A stretch of 64,000 bases of DNA from Candidatus Falkowbacteria bacterium (GCA_016432645.1 CP066698.1:389062-453061), one strand, 5' to 3'. Numbered from the stretch's first letter, positions 54,601-60,778 are shown. Numbers and translations: made by a program. Notes: a model not told the origin generated them from the letters alone.

Positions 54601-55967
54601 GCCGGATTAAGCGCGTTAAAAGTTGCGGCCGAGGTTTGTGAGTAATCGCCAGATTGCCCGCCAGAATTAGTTATCGCTAAACTAGCATTTTGAGTTATTG
54701 TCCCCAGATAGCCATTAATCGTTAGCGAACCAACGCTAACGGCAGTATCAATATTTACAATTGAAGAAGCAATCCCTGATGAAGCGTCAAAAAATACATT
54801 AGTAGTAGCGTCCGGCAAGTTACCAATATCCGGCGTACCGTTAGAAACGGTCGCCCAATGATTGGCCGCGTCAGACCAATCACCGGAACCACCGACCCAA
54901 TAAGCATTGGCGGGTGGATCGATAATTTGGTCGATATCAAGATTATTAATAATTTTTAAATCGAAAACCTCGCTTGGAGTTTGTAAGCCAGTTAATAAAA
55001 CACGATATTTACCATCATGATTAATATCAGAAAATGTGGCCACCAGCTCGCCGGCTAAAGTATAGACTTCGATTGCGCCCGTCTCCCACTCAGTCTGAGG
55101 CTTAGCATATATCGTAATATCGCGCGTATTATCCAATATTTTTTCAAAAGTAATGCGAACATATTGTCCATCAGTTAAACTGACATAATTTTGGTCGCGT
55201 AATTTGACGCCATCATAAATATCGGCAATTACATTTTTTTGAGCATCTAATTGCCAGGCTTGAGAAATATAAATAATCTCAAAAACTTGAGTTGATAGAT
55301 GCGGGACTATCCATTCAACATGATCAATATAGCCATCCCCGTCTTCATCGTCGGTAGTAAAAAGCATCTCCTGCCCATCGTTATTCTTCCATTTTATTTT
55401 AATCCTATCCTCTTGCCCGACTTTAAATATTTCAGGGATAACAGAACGAACCGGGATATCTATCATTGGAGAAATCAACTCTTGCTCCGCCGTTGAGGAA
55501 ACGGTAACCGTTTTTCCGCTACTAGTTTGCTCTTCCACAATGCTAGGCGCCATGTCCAGTTCTGATACTGGGGCGGAGGTAGCGGCCGGCGCTTCAACTT
55601 CCTCAACGACAGGTTCTTCAGCGACAGGTTCTTCAGTTGTTGGTTCTTCGACTATCGGCTCTTCAACGACAGGTTCTTCGACTATCGGCTCTTCAGTTGC
55701 TGGTTCAGTAATAACTTCTTCCGCAACTTCTTCTTCAACGACAGGTTCTTCAGCTATTGGTTCCTCAGTAATCGGTTCAGCAATAACTTCTTCAGCGACT
55801 GGGTTAACGACCTCTTCTGATACAGAAACAGTCTCTTCAACCACCGGTGCAACCTCACTTTCTGGAACTAAAAAAAAGCTCTCATCAGCTGAAGCTTTGG
55901 TACTAAAAATAATAAATAAAAAAGTAGAAAGTAAAATTAAAACTACTTTATTAAATCGTAACGACAT
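36654..55967 (-). CDS. Giant surface adhesin (6437 aa): signal peptide, Glu/Pro linker, GLUG repeats with Gly-rich inserts, 27 FN3 repeats, C-terminal dockerin
   Basis: Uninterrupted ORF; GGLVG.N repeats; 27 counted PxxPT-initiated FN3 units; DFNHDGKVNSVDFSIML / DINNDKQVNSVDFSILL duplicated EF-hand-like dockerin. Confidence 0.9.
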   Translation of the reverse strand: MSLRFNKVVLILLSTFLFIIFSTKASADESFFLVPESEVAPVVEETVSVSEEVVNPVAEEVIAEPITEEPIAEEPVVEEEVAEEVITEPATEEPIVEEPVVEEPIVEEPTTEEPVAEEPVVEEVEAPAATSAPVSELDMAPSIVEEQTSSGKTVTVSSTAEQELISPMIDIPVRSVIPEIFKVGQEDRIKIKWKNNDGQEMLFTTDDEDGDGYIDHVEWIVPHLSTQVFEIIYISQAWQLDAQKNVIADIYDGVKLRDQNYVSLTDGQYVRITFEKILDNTRDITIYAKPQTEWETGAIEVYTLAGELVATFSDINHDGKYRVLLTGLQTPSEVFDLKIINNLDIDQIIDPPANAYWVGGSGDWSDAANHWATVSNGTPDIGNLPDATTNVFFDASSGIASSIVNIDTAVSVGSLTINGYLGTITQNASLAITNSGGQSGDYSQTSAATFNALNPAVNVFSVTGSFSVTAGLFKRYTGMGISDDPYLIFDVYGLQGMKTGLTNSYKLNGDIDAATTVNWNAGTGFIPVGTNTTSFSGDFNGDNHTISNLYINSTSINYVGLFGYSISQIQNVNLANVSITAISTPGTAGTNGTDGVSGTTPTNGGTGTAGTVGSTLYIGGLVGYNIGAIINTTISGNVTGTGGNGGNAGNGGLGGNTTSGATVAGAGGTTVSNAAAIGGTVYVGGLVGYSQQGGINTVGSSATVVGIGGTGGNSGSGGNGGTNLGTGIGGAGGGVGAPGAGGVAYVGGLVGWVNSGIISASSATGNVTATGGTGGSAGDAGTGGAGGGAAIGGAGGAGGAGAAGGVSYAGGLIGNNLGVIKNVSYATGVVQSFGGTSGNGSVGAAAGASAVATTGTAATGGAGGAGGAGAVAYAGGLVGQNNTDGVITGETGANYATGAVTATGSVGQAGKAGGTGGSAASGTAHTGGAGGAGGAGGAGGGAYAGGLAGLNSGFIVSSYSTTGLVTVIGGTGGAGASGGSGGVKGSSGASGAGGLSGTGGSANSVSAYGGGLVGSNIGGIQLSYSENSVSGTGGAGGAGATGVAGLTGLAGSAGGSGGAGGVLYIGGIAGNNTYQINSSYYTTGTVSGTAGAGGAAGAGGTGGNWTGGLAGAAGTAAVGAIIYAGGGIGYNAGTTITSDYSSGNVSGTSGAGGAGANGGDGGTSLAGVIGSAGAAGGISYVGGLIGYNLNGQIVTSYANGNVVANAGAGGAGGAGANGGNGAASTVGGAGAAGSTGGAGGASFGGGLIGYYALGPIVTSYATGNVVVTGGTGGDGGLGGNGGNGGTNAIGGAGANGGNGGAGGVATAGGLTGYSSGVITSPTALYASGNVTALGGTPGNAGAGGNGGATTATVNTGTAAAGGNGGTGGAGAIAYAGGLVGNNTNTIFNSYASSTVIATASAGKNGGVAGLAGNGAAGGVNHLGAAGATGGTGGAGAVAYGGGIAGLNTSTITNSDIQFGSVTVTGSNGGDGIIGGAGGAGGTGATGGTGGSGGSGGAGAIGHAGGLVGNNLAGIIQDNSNANIDVVVIGGNSGAGGAGGAAGTRAVGGAGGAGGGAGAIAYGGGLAGLNNGIIDASHATGNVLATGGAGGMVGMGADGGSGSTGATGGASGSNATASVLLRIGGAAYAGGLVGYNNTNGVIRNTSYATGNATAIGGAGANGTAGANGGSSTGAVAGGAGIPGGYGGVGGMAVAGSLVGYNIAIIGAHSYATGNASSTGGIGGVGANAGNGGASGPGIAGVAGVAGGNGGVGGAAYSGGVVGWNGVLGTTLSTPNNTGTITATGGVGGIGGVGGNGGNGGSSAGAIGGTGGTGGSGAAGGLAVGGGIAAYNLGIIQDITYTITDITVNGGAAGNGGVGGNAGASGNISGSTGATAGNGGIGGAGGAIYIGGLVGDNAGVIVNSVVIGSLSASNKAGGSGGIGGNGGNGILGTGGHNGGVGGTGGAGGSSGSVFIGGLAGQGNGNISLSSSIGGTITVTPGSGGGVGGNAGEGGTKGTGGRNGVGGTGGTGGTTGAIFAGGAIGHNSLNDVLFDRIYSTNNVNVTGGTAGSGGNAADGGVGAAAGNGGAGGAGSSAQANSINVGGLIGDIVGTGVSVIDSYATGTVFAVGQLGGNGGNGGIGGNGTTSMTGGAGGVGGAGGAGGLVYGGGLIGFTNTTVYVDSNYATGNVTLTAGYGGVAGNGGNGGTGNAAVGGAGGNGGAGGVGGTVYAGGLIGLVTSGEIIISYSTGAVSGTAGAGGNSGNGGNGGAGGSGAIGGIGGAGIVGAAGGASNTGGLIGQNSGTVQTSYHITGLVFANGGKAGNGGNGGNAGASGNITGSTSAAGGLGANGGVSGATNVGGLIGLNNTALAIVNNSYAKSDVTAVGGNGGNGGIGGNSGDGSAGTNHLGAIGGAGGNGGAGGGAAAAAVQVGGLVGQNALGTITTSYAETGIVTATGGAGGTSALGGLGGVGTGTALSGIAGAGGAGGAGGGVYVGGLVGYTTGIITTNSYSKTSLNITGGAGQDGSAGQDGAVNRGAAGSNGGAGGASGIIYAGGLAGYTTSDVVSSYASYDAVSGKGNIVVNGGTPGNGANAGHGGSGLVGGGVGGAGGAGGVGGAGGGSYVGGLLGAVSATGVVTSSYSDSITISGSEIAGGNGGAGGNGGTGVGTFIGGAGTIGGVGGAGSIRAFGGLVGDNVGVIKGSSYSSVNILVTAGTGGNGGVGGTGGTSGATMATLTAAAGGAGAAGGAGGAIYAGGLVGRMTGTNQARIGESSASGNVSGTGGLGGNGGLGGNGGDGSTGLATHAGSAGALGGAAGAGGAAYVGGLVGYSSFTTGTNNFLNTSATGDVLATGGNSGIAGTSGNGGASRTTVAGGAGGGAVAAVAGGAAYAGGLIGYNAITTGLSDIINSYATGDTSSVGGVGSTGNIGGNGANGATNTIGGAGGAGGIGGAGGEADAGGLLGFGSVTTGGSRYLTSYSTGGTVTATGGVGGIGRSAGNQGTSGSGAAGAAVGAGGNGGAGGAAYAGGLVGQSSGSIFITTSYSNEAVNAIGGVSGNGATGVNGADGGAGAVGGAGGAGGATGIGGASYAGGLIGSNTGIIGGVSYATGNVSSTGGSTGTPGVGGNGGASSNISGSTAATGGAGGAGAAGGASYAGGLAANNSTIGVVLNAYSSGNVNALSGNGANGNTGGAGGDGSLGVGNHIGGTGGAGGAGGAGGAVYIGGLIGNNLNALNTVMTSYSNGTSVTGTSGNGGNGGVGGNGGLPGSVGAGGAGALGGAAGASGALYIGGLIGYNDGTVLFFSYSTSNVIGTAGTGGTGGTGGNGANGFVGITNGANGGVGGGAGAAGAGGAVYGGGFTGYNNTTRNIKDSSASGNVTLNGGTGGTGGMGGNGGVGGDGTTTGIGGTGGAAGARTVGATGSTIYGGGFAGYNLGTIYTNYSLGDVAIFGGTGGVGGAGGIGGAGGNGGASGAGGVGGAEGATAAGGAGGVLYAGGFAGQNNTAGLIQYSWSSGNVTTTGGNGGAAGLAGSAGTGGNGGTLAGGLGGAAVAGGAGGAGGVSYAGGFIGSNLTSGSFNTSYSSGNVTMTGGNGASGAIGGKGGNGGVGGSGAVNGGNGTNGALGGNGGVGGHTYGGGLVGQNTGAIINAYSKGNITAVAGNPGNGGQGGNGGNGGAAGGGNPGVNGNGVNGGAGGAGGSVYIGGLLSSNSATITNAYSTGVPSGTKTAGATGGAGGVAGVGGTGGTNGGTGATGSAAVQYVGGVVNTTGGTYVSTYWDTNTSGIAAGDGVGNGTDPAGMTGKTTSQMEQQATFTGWDFSSLVWKITEDETYPIFNYQVAPDAPTNVVAVRGNGEATITFTPPVNNGGSEITIYTVTSSGGQTATGGASPITITGLINGTTYTFTVTATNSTGTSTASGTSNSVTPASVPNSPTDVTAVRGNGEATITFTAPVNNGGSAVISYTVTSSGGHTATSGSSPIIITGLNNGTAYTFTVTANNAVGNSAPSAASNSITPATTPDAPTNVVAARGNGEATITFTPPVNNGGSAVISYTVTSSGGQTASGGSSPITITGLTNGVTYTFTVTATNAIGTSTPSATSNSITPATVPDSPTDVTALRGNGEATITFTPPVNNGGSAVISYTVTSSGGQTASGGSSPITITGLTNGVTYTFTVTATNAIGTSTPSATSNSITPATVPDAPTNIVAVRNDGEATITFTPPVNNGGSAVISYTVTSSGGQTASGASSPITITGLTNGTTYTFTVTATNAIGTSTSSITSNEITPASVPDAPTNIVATRGNGEATITFTPPVNNGGSTITNYTVTSSGGQTASGGSSPITITGLTNGTTYTFTVTAANAIGTSLSSGTSNSVIPATTPDAPTSITAAPRNGEATITFTPPVNNGGSSITSYTVTSSGGQTASGGSSPITITGLTNGTTYTFTVTATNAIGTSTISTISNSIIPASVPDAPTNIVATRGNGEAVITFTPPVNNGGSNIISYTVTSSVGGQTVVSGSSPVTFIGLTNGLSYTFTVTANNAVGSSAPSGTSNSVTPATVPDAPTNVIATRGNGEATITFTPPVNNGGSAITSYTVTSSGGQTASGASSPITITGLTNGTSYTFTVTATNAIGTSTLSGTSNSVTPATVPDVPTNVVATRGNGEATITFTPPVNNGGSNIISYTVTSNGGHTATGGSSPISISGLTNGVTYTFTVTATNAIGTSTPSATSNSITPATVPDAPTNVVAVRNDGEATITFDAPVNNGGSAITSYTATSNVGGFSATSAGSPITITGLTNGINYTFVVTATNAIGTSTPSGTSNSITPSSVPDAPTSILATRGNGEATITFTAPVNNGGSAIINYTVTSSGGQTASGGSSPITITGLTNGTSYTFTVTATNVIGTSASSATSNSVTPATAPDAPTNVLATRGNSEATITFDVPVNNGGSAVISYTVTSSGGQTASGGSSPITITGLTNGTSYTFTVTATNAIGASASSATSNSITPATVPDAPTNITATRGNGEATISFTAPVSSGGSIITSYTVTSNDGHTATGGSSPITITGLTNGTTYTFTVTATNAIGTSASSATSNSVTPATVPDAPTNVVVTRGNGEATITFSPPVNNGGSAITSYTVTSNVGGFSVSGASSPITVTGLTNGTIYTFTVTATNSIGTSVQSSVSSTVIPATVPDAPTNVIAVRNDGEATITFDAPINNGGSVITIYTATSNVGGFSATSAGSPITITGLTNGTTYTFTVTATNAIGTSVQSSVSNSVTPATTPDAPTNVVATRGNGEATITFTPPVNNGGSAIINYTVTSSGGQTASGGSSPITITGLTNGTSYTFTVTATNAIGTSASSATSNSVTPATTPDAPTNVVATRGNGEATITFTPPVNNGGSAIINYTVTSSGGQTASGGSSPITITGLANGTTYTFTVTANNAVGSSVPSGTSNSVTPATVPDAPTNVVVTRGNGEATISFTASASNGGSSIISYTVTSNVGGFSATSADSPITITGLTNGTRYTFTVIATNAIGNSLSSGTSAEITPATTPDAPTNVVATRGNGEATITFTPPVNNGGSPITSYTVTSNVGGFSATGGSSPITITGLTNGTTYTFTVTATNAIGTSTPSGTSNSIVPANVPDAPTNVVAVQGNGEATITFTSPVNNGGSSITSYTVASNVGGFTATGGSSPITITGLINGTTYTFTVTATNAIGTSASSATSNSVTPATAPDAPTNVIVTRGNGEATITFSPPVNNGGSPITSYTVTSNIGVFSATGGSSPITITGLTNGTTYTFTVTATNAIGTSTPSTVSSPIVAANVPDAPTNVVVTRGNGEATITFDAPINNGGSAITSYTVTSNIGGFSATGGSSPITITGLTNGTTYTFTVTATNAIGTSTPSGTSNSATPANVPDAPTNVTAVRGNGEATITFTPPVNNGGSVITSYTVTSNVGGFTATGGSSPITITGLTNGTTYTFTVTATNEIGTSSLSGTSNSITPANVPDAPTNVTAIRGNGEATITFDAPVNNGGSAITSYTVTSSAGHTATGGSSPITITGLTNGVTYTFTVTATNAIGVGPSSIGGANSATPATVPGAPTNLAATIGDGSASLSWSAPADNGGSVITNYTVSSNVGGFVATSSSPFLTINGLTNGTTYTFTVTATNAVGTGSPSGTSNSITPASIPNAPTNLAVIIQNSSVDLSWSAPVFDGGSSITDYVVEYKLTSGGVWSIFNDGISTTPATTVTSLANDNSYDFRVSAKNIVGRGAASTAVSGTPGSPAQVLIQSFSDLTSPSIATAIRITNDSSTAYEYQYNWCVTNSDTNLCGGGDDIFSSTAAILINPHANFDTTLNSIISAAGNYWFHLNVQFGSDSSRAMQSFTVVSETVVVPPSGGGGGGGGGAVPVLPPVVETPETTCIGADFNHDGKVNSVDFSIMLAFWKTTAPFKNVCVDINNDKQVNSVDFSILLYQWGKAPIKLKQ
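37270..44526 (-). repeat. Tandem FN3-coding repeats, ~267-270 bp x 27
   Basis: Near-identical adjacent units, e.g. GCAGTTTGGCCGCCGCTAGAAGTGACAGTG at 39841 and 40108 (267-bp period). Confidence 0.9.
44780..54240 (-). repeat. GLUG + Gly/Ala-rich (PGRS-like) repeat region, roughly 30-35 units (by-eye estimate)
   Basis: Recurrent (Y/V)xGGLxGxNxxxIxxSYxxGxV followed by ~40-50 aa of GGxG/GGAGG. Confidence 0.85.
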
Positions 55968-56106
55968 ATAGTTATTTTACCAAAATTTACTCCTACTGTA
56001 AACAAAAAAACTATCTTCGAATAATCTCTTAAACTGCCTAATAATACTTGTTTTGATTATCATGTTATGATAACATTTGAACCTAAGCTCTGAAACTATT
56101 TTTAAC

Positions 56107-56514
56107 ATGAAAAAAGAGATAACTAAAACCGCTTTTGTTTATTTAGAACAAAACAATAAAATATTATTACTTCAAGAAAATGGGCGTTTTATCCGCGGAC
56201 TCTGGTCTCTCCCGGGCGGACATTTAGAGCCCGGGGAATCGTTTGTCGAGGGCGCAACTAGAGAAGCCTTGGAAGAAAGCGGGTATCAAATTAAAACCAT
56301 AAAAGAAATCTATCATAATATTATTCCTCGGATTGAATATAGCGGCAACCCGGCCGGCGGTCTAATTGAAGTGGTAATTTTTAAAGGCGAAATAATCGGC
56401 GGCCAGATGCAAATAGATAACGAGGCTTTGGATTTAAAATGGTTTGATAAAGAGAGTGCGCTCTCTCTTCCCCACCGCTTCAAATTTTTAAAGGAATTAA
56501 TAAAAAACAATTAA
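56107..56514 (+). CDS. NUDIX hydrolase
   Basis: WSLPGGHLEPGESFVEGATREALEESG Nudix box. Confidence 0.92.
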   Translation: MKKEITKTAFVYLEQNNKILLLQENGRFIRGLWSLPGGHLEPGESFVEGATREALEESGYQIKTIKEIYHNIIPRIEYSGNPAGGLIEVVIFKGEIIGGQMQIDNEALDLKWFDKESALSLPHRFKFLKELIKNN

Positions 56515-56523
56515 ATTGCAAAC

Positions 56524-56549
56524 AAAAACCCGGCTAACACCGGGTTTTC
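56524..56549. terminator. Bidirectional terminator
   Basis: AAAAACCCGG-CTAACA-CCGGGTTTT. Confidence 0.7.
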
Positions 56550-56605
56550 TATTTTTTTTCTCCGTAAATATTTTCTAATATTTCAGGAGCGGGATTATCT
56601 AATTG

Positions 56606-58303
56606 TTATCTCAAAACTGGTTTTGAAGCTGGCGTCGGCTCAACTAAATCAATTACCGGCTCACTGGCAGGAGCAATTTCAATTGCCCCCGAACTGGCGC
56701 CGCTAGAACCGGAAGTGCCGCCTCCCTCTTTAATCATGTATGGCATTGGAACCGGTTGATTACCTAAATCGTTTAGCATTTCTTTAACAAGCGGCACTGT
56801 TACATATTTTTGTCCGTAATAATAAGCGCCTGACGGCACGTTAATAACCGGGAAAATTAACGCTGGAACCAACAACTCTTCGTTACGATTAGCAGCATAG
56901 CGGTAAATTTGGACATAAGCTTTTTCTGGAGTACCCAGCTCAATCGTCTGGACATTTTCTGCTTGAAAATAATAGTTGCCATTCCAACCGCCGTTTTCGG
57001 CAATTTTTACAATCGTATCGGTGGCGGTCTCTAAATCATACTGTGAAGACTCATAGCGATATGGTACCAAACCGTTTAAACCCGAAGCGGCTTTTTTATG
57101 TAAATTAATAGTCACGCGCAAACCCGCATAATTTCCACTCTGATCTCTAACTGCTTGGCCGTCAATCAATAAAGGATAAACGACGGTGGCATATTCTGGA
57201 ATGTAAAAATTAGTTTTATCAGCTGTTTGTTCATAGCTATCGCGCCAGTAATTATCCACTAACGGTGAGCCGTAATGGTCAAGCTGAACATTATGGGTGC
57301 TTAAAAATCCATCCGCCATGGAGATTAAATCAGCATCGGCAGGAACATCACTAATCTTGATGCGATATCTATCCCAGCAAGACTGGTCATTGGCGCAAGC
57401 ATCTCTTTCCGGATAGGTCCATTTTTCCCAATTTTCATAAATATTGATATTGCCTTCGTTGAAATCAAAATAAACGACTAGACCTAAATCCTTATCTTCC
57501 ATTAAAGTTATATTTGCGGCTTTTAAATTACTGAAAGTAGAAAAGTCTAAACCGGAAAAAGAAGCGGCGCTGATTAGGTTAGCCATGTTTTTAGCGGCCG
57601 CATCATCTCCCTTAATTCGGCGATAAACCGCCGCGCTAGTACCTTCTAAATTAAGAGGTTCGCCCTTATAAACATACTTAAATCCATAATAAGGCGGCAT
57701 AATTTTCATATCAGTAGTAACTCCAGCCATCGGGGAAACAGCTGCAATGCTTGAAGCGTCAGCCGGAGTTGCCGTAAAGGTCGCCATCTCGGCACTAGCC
57801 GCCACGCCGCCACCGCCGCCCATACCAAAAGCCACTGCTTTACCGGCGCTGGCATTATTGGCATTAATCGCCGTTGTGCCTAAACTAGCCAAACTGCCGA
57901 AGGCGCCCGCAGGCAAAACATCAACAGCGGCTGTATCCGACTGGCTGTTACCGACCTTATTGTCAGCAATTAAAATCTGGGTTTGCTGGCTAACGCCAGT
58001 TGTCTTCAAAAAGAAGAGAAAAGCCAAGCTCGCTACTGCTAGCGAACCGAAGGCAAAATAAAGTTTTTTATCCATAAAATTAAAATTACTATTTATATTT
58101 ATTTTTGTTTCTGTTTGAGATGTTAGCGGCGACTTCATAATTTCCGCTTTCAATCGAGAGACAAAAGCCGCATCAAATTTTAAATTTGGCTTGGAAGCTG
58201 TCATCCTCTGGACTAAAATAATCAAATCTGCCTCCTTAACTTTTAAGCTTGGCTCTAAAATATATAATTCTGACAAAATTTGTTTTAATTCTTCGTTTGA
58301 CAT
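56606..58303 (-). CDS. Putative anti-sigma factor (cytoplasmic N-domain, TM, large extracellular domain)
   Basis: Start overlaps the ECF sigma stop; F...LK N-terminal helix; one TM; extracellular domain. Confidence 0.6.
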   Translation of the reverse strand: MSNEELKQILSELYILEPSLKVKEADLIILVQRMTASKPNLKFDAAFVSRLKAEIMKSPLTSQTETKININSNFNFMDKKLYFAFGSLAVASLAFLFFLKTTGVSQQTQILIADNKVGNSQSDTAAVDVLPAGAFGSLASLGTTAINANNASAGKAVAFGMGGGGGVAASAEMATFTATPADASSIAAVSPMAGVTTDMKIMPPYYGFKYVYKGEPLNLEGTSAAVYRRIKGDDAAAKNMANLISAASFSGLDFSTFSNLKAANITLMEDKDLGLVVYFDFNEGNINIYENWEKWTYPERDACANDQSCWDRYRIKISDVPADADLISMADGFLSTHNVQLDHYGSPLVDNYWRDSYEQTADKTNFYIPEYATVVYPLLIDGQAVRDQSGNYAGLRVTINLHKKAASGLNGLVPYRYESSQYDLETATDTIVKIAENGGWNGNYYFQAENVQTIELGTPEKAYVQIYRYAANRNEELLVPALIFPVINVPSGAYYYGQKYVTVPLVKEMLNDLGNQPVPMPYMIKEGGGTSGSSGASSGAIEIAPASEPVIDLVEPTPASKPVLR

Positions 58304-58875
58304 ATATTAATGATATTAGGCCCTAAAATTATTAGAGCTAGCGGCAGTTGGTTTTTTACATTTTTCAAAGCTCTGCTAAGCGACATCTTCACCGCTCCCT
58401 CTTGCTTATTCAAACTGGCTGCAATTTCTTTAAACGGCATGTCCAGCCAAAAACGCATAATAATTATTTCCCGTTCCCGGACACTGAGCCGACTCAAAGC
58501 CTTTTTAATTTCTAGGGTCGCTAAATTTAAATCCACTTTTTCTAAAAAATTATCGCTGGCGGCCAAATCCCAAAAATCTTCAATGTCCAAATTATTTTTT
58601 TCGCTTCGATAATAATCGGCAACCGCATTACGGGCAATGGCATAGAGCCAAGCGGCCACGCTCTCGCCCTGGAACTGTCCAATTTTCTGCCAAGCTTTAG
58701 TAAAGACAATACTAGTAATATCTTCGGCTGTTTCTTTTACCAAAGTCTTATAAAAGACGAAATTATAAATCGGTTTAATATAAATATCATAAAGCTCGCC
58801 AAAAGCCGCGCCGTCTCCGGCTTGCGCTTTTAAAACTAAATCCAAATCGATTTTAGGAGAAGAAATTGTGGCCAT
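58285..58875 (-). CDS. ECF RNA polymerase sigma factor
   Basis: AFGELYD.Y, AEDITS.VF.KAW, WLYAIARN...DYYR, REREII.MRF, FKEIA..L. Confidence 0.93.
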   Translation of the reverse strand: MATISSPKIDLDLVLKAQAGDGAAFGELYDIYIKPIYNFVFYKTLVKETAEDITSIVFTKAWQKIGQFQGESVAAWLYAIARNAVADYYRSEKNNLDIEDFWDLAASDNFLEKVDLNLATLEIKKALSRLSVREREIIIMRFWLDMPFKEIAASLNKQEGAVKMSLSRALKNVKNQLPLALIILGPNIINICQTKN

Positions 58876-58896
58876 AATGATATCTCTATTATACCA

Positions 58897-58923
58897 GACG
58901 CGGAACAAATAGAAAAAGTAACA
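58897..58923 (-). promoter_or_regulatory. Candidate autoregulatory ECF promoter
   Basis: TGTTAC-17 nt-CGTC upstream of the ECF gene, resembling the ECF AAC/CGT consensus. Confidence 0.45.
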
Positions 58924-58963
58924 TTTTAACATTTAATTAGCCTTTACCGTAAACCACAATATA

Positions 58964-58992
58964 TTGACAATAACTTAAAAACGTGATATAAT
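58964..58992 (+). promoter_or_regulatory. Consensus sigma70 promoter with extended -10
   Basis: TTGACA-17 nt-TATAAT preceded by TG. Confidence 0.85.
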
Positions 58993-59013
58993 AAGCTTGT
59001 TAATTATTAAATT

Positions 59014-60546
59014 ATGAAAAATAGACTTTATTTATTATTTTTGGCTGTTATTAGCTGTTTTATCCTAACAGCCAATAATGCTGGCGCCAGCCCGATTATC
59101 AGCGATATCCATGCGGAATCCCTCCAAGGCAACGCCGCCCGGATTTTTTGGTCGACTAGCGAAAATAGCACTGGCTATCTCTATTTTGGCGAAAGCGCAG
59201 ATAATATGCCCTTCTACGTCGGCGACCTAAATGTCGGACGTTCCCACAGTGCTGATTTAACCGGGCTTAAAGCTAAAACCGGATACTATTATAAAATCGT
59301 GGCCGTTGGCGAAAATGGCGGCCGCAGCGAGTCTTTTGTTAATTATTTGGATACCAAAAATATAAAAAATACCCAGGCCGCCACTCTTTACGATATTAAA
59401 AAATTACAAACAACCGACACCGCTTTCGCTTTATCTTTTTTTGCCAATGAGCCAGTGAGCGTTAAAATAAAATATGGCACCACGGCCGGCAATTTAGATA
59501 AGACATGGAGCTACGGCAATCGTAAACAAGAATTTTTGACAATCATCACCGGACTTAAACCAGCCACCCATTATTATTATGAAATAATTACCACCGACGA
59601 AGATAAAAATACTTCTTCATACTCCGGCGACCTGACGACATCTAGCTACGCTATCAATGATATTAAAATTAACAATTTAATTCCCGAGAGCACCGGACAG
59701 GCGCCGCTCTTAGCTGAAAACGCGGTGATTACTTGGGACACTAATATTTTAGCGACTGCTGATATTTCTTATGGAGTTAAACCTGATAAATTAAATACCA
59801 ACCTTAAAGTAACGGCTACCTCCAGCCTGAGCCATAAAGCAACCTTGAATAAGCTGAACCCTAATACCATTTATTATTATAAAATAAAACTAAAAAGTGA
59901 ACTGAATAAAAAAAGTTTTGAAAGTAAAATTTATTCTTTCCAAACTGCTCCCCTAACCAGCGAGTATTTAAATACCTATTTCAAAAATGGTGATTTAGTA
60001 AAATATAAATCAACCACTTATTTTATTTACAATAATACTAAAATTGCTCTTAACAATAATGATAAAATAAAAAGCATCTCCAAGGCGACCCCAAAAACAA
60101 TTACGGAGACCTACTTTAACCAATATCAAAACGGCATCCCTTATTGGGGTATTTACAGCGACGGCCAAGTGGTTAAAGAAGCCAACAAAAACGCTGTTTA
60201 TTTAATAGACGGAAATTATAAGCGTCCGATTGCCAACTGGGATGTCTTTACTTATCTCAATTATAAATCTCAAGATATTGTTGTCTCTAAAAAAGGCGAG
60301 CTAAACGCCTATAAATTAGGAACGGTAATTAAAAATTCTAAAGAAGTAACGGGAACGGCGGCCTATTTAAATAATAGACTGGTAAAATCAAATTTCGGAA
60401 CAACGGTTTATCTAATTGCTAACGGTAAAAAAATGCCTTTTTACAGCGAGAGCGCTTTTAAAAATAGGGGCTACAATTTCAAATCGGTCAGAACTATTTC
60501 TGAAAGCGAATTGTCCGGCATCCCAGACGGCCAGGTTATTATGTAA
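59014..60546 (+). CDS. Secreted protein with three FN3-like domains and CPR-type C-terminal repeats
   Basis: Signal peptide; 3x L(T/N)(G/K)L(K/N).xT.Y.Y(K/E)I; repeats VYLI.NGKK.PF...F...GY. Confidence 0.8.
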   Translation: MKNRLYLLFLAVISCFILTANNAGASPIISDIHAESLQGNAARIFWSTSENSTGYLYFGESADNMPFYVGDLNVGRSHSADLTGLKAKTGYYYKIVAVGENGGRSESFVNYLDTKNIKNTQAATLYDIKKLQTTDTAFALSFFANEPVSVKIKYGTTAGNLDKTWSYGNRKQEFLTIITGLKPATHYYYEIITTDEDKNTSSYSGDLTTSSYAINDIKINNLIPESTGQAPLLAENAVITWDTNILATADISYGVKPDKLNTNLKVTATSSLSHKATLNKLNPNTIYYYKIKLKSELNKKSFESKIYSFQTAPLTSEYLNTYFKNGDLVKYKSTTYFIYNNTKIALNNNDKIKSISKATPKTITETYFNQYQNGIPYWGIYSDGQVVKEANKNAVYLIDGNYKRPIANWDVFTYLNYKSQDIVVSKKGELNAYKLGTVIKNSKEVTGTAAYLNNRLVKSNFGTTVYLIANGKKMPFYSESAFKNRGYNFKSVRTISESELSGIPDGQVIM

Positions 60547-60637
60547 AACCGAAGATAGCCAAGCTCTTGTCAAACCAAAAAACTTTTGTTATTATCAAAT
60601 ACATAAATTAATAAGGCTAAATTAGCCAATATTTATT

Positions 60638-60710
60638 GCGCCTATAGCTCAGTTGGTAGAGCAGCTCCCTTTTAAGGAGACGGTCGTAGGTTCGAATCCT
60701 ACTGGGCGCA
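60638..60710 (+). tRNA. tRNA-Lys(TTT)
   Basis: GCGCCTATAGCTCAGTTGGTAGAGCAGCTCCCTTTTAAGGAGACGGTCGTAGGTTCGAATCCTACTGGGCGCA. Confidence 0.93.
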
Positions 60711-60711
60711 C

Positions 60712-60752
60712 AAAAAAAGAAAAACCGTTCTAATAGGACGGTTTTTCTTTTT
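60712..60752. terminator. Bidirectional terminator after tRNA-Lys
   Basis: AAAAAGAAAAACCGTTCT...AGGACGGTTTTTCTTTTT. Confidence 0.75.
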
Positions 60753-60778
60753 AAGAATTAAATTATATTTTTATATCT

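Noticed and set aside
38993..55971. Many short alternative-frame and antisense ORFs inside the giant gene
   Set aside because: Artefacts of Gly/Thr codon repeats lacking stop codons
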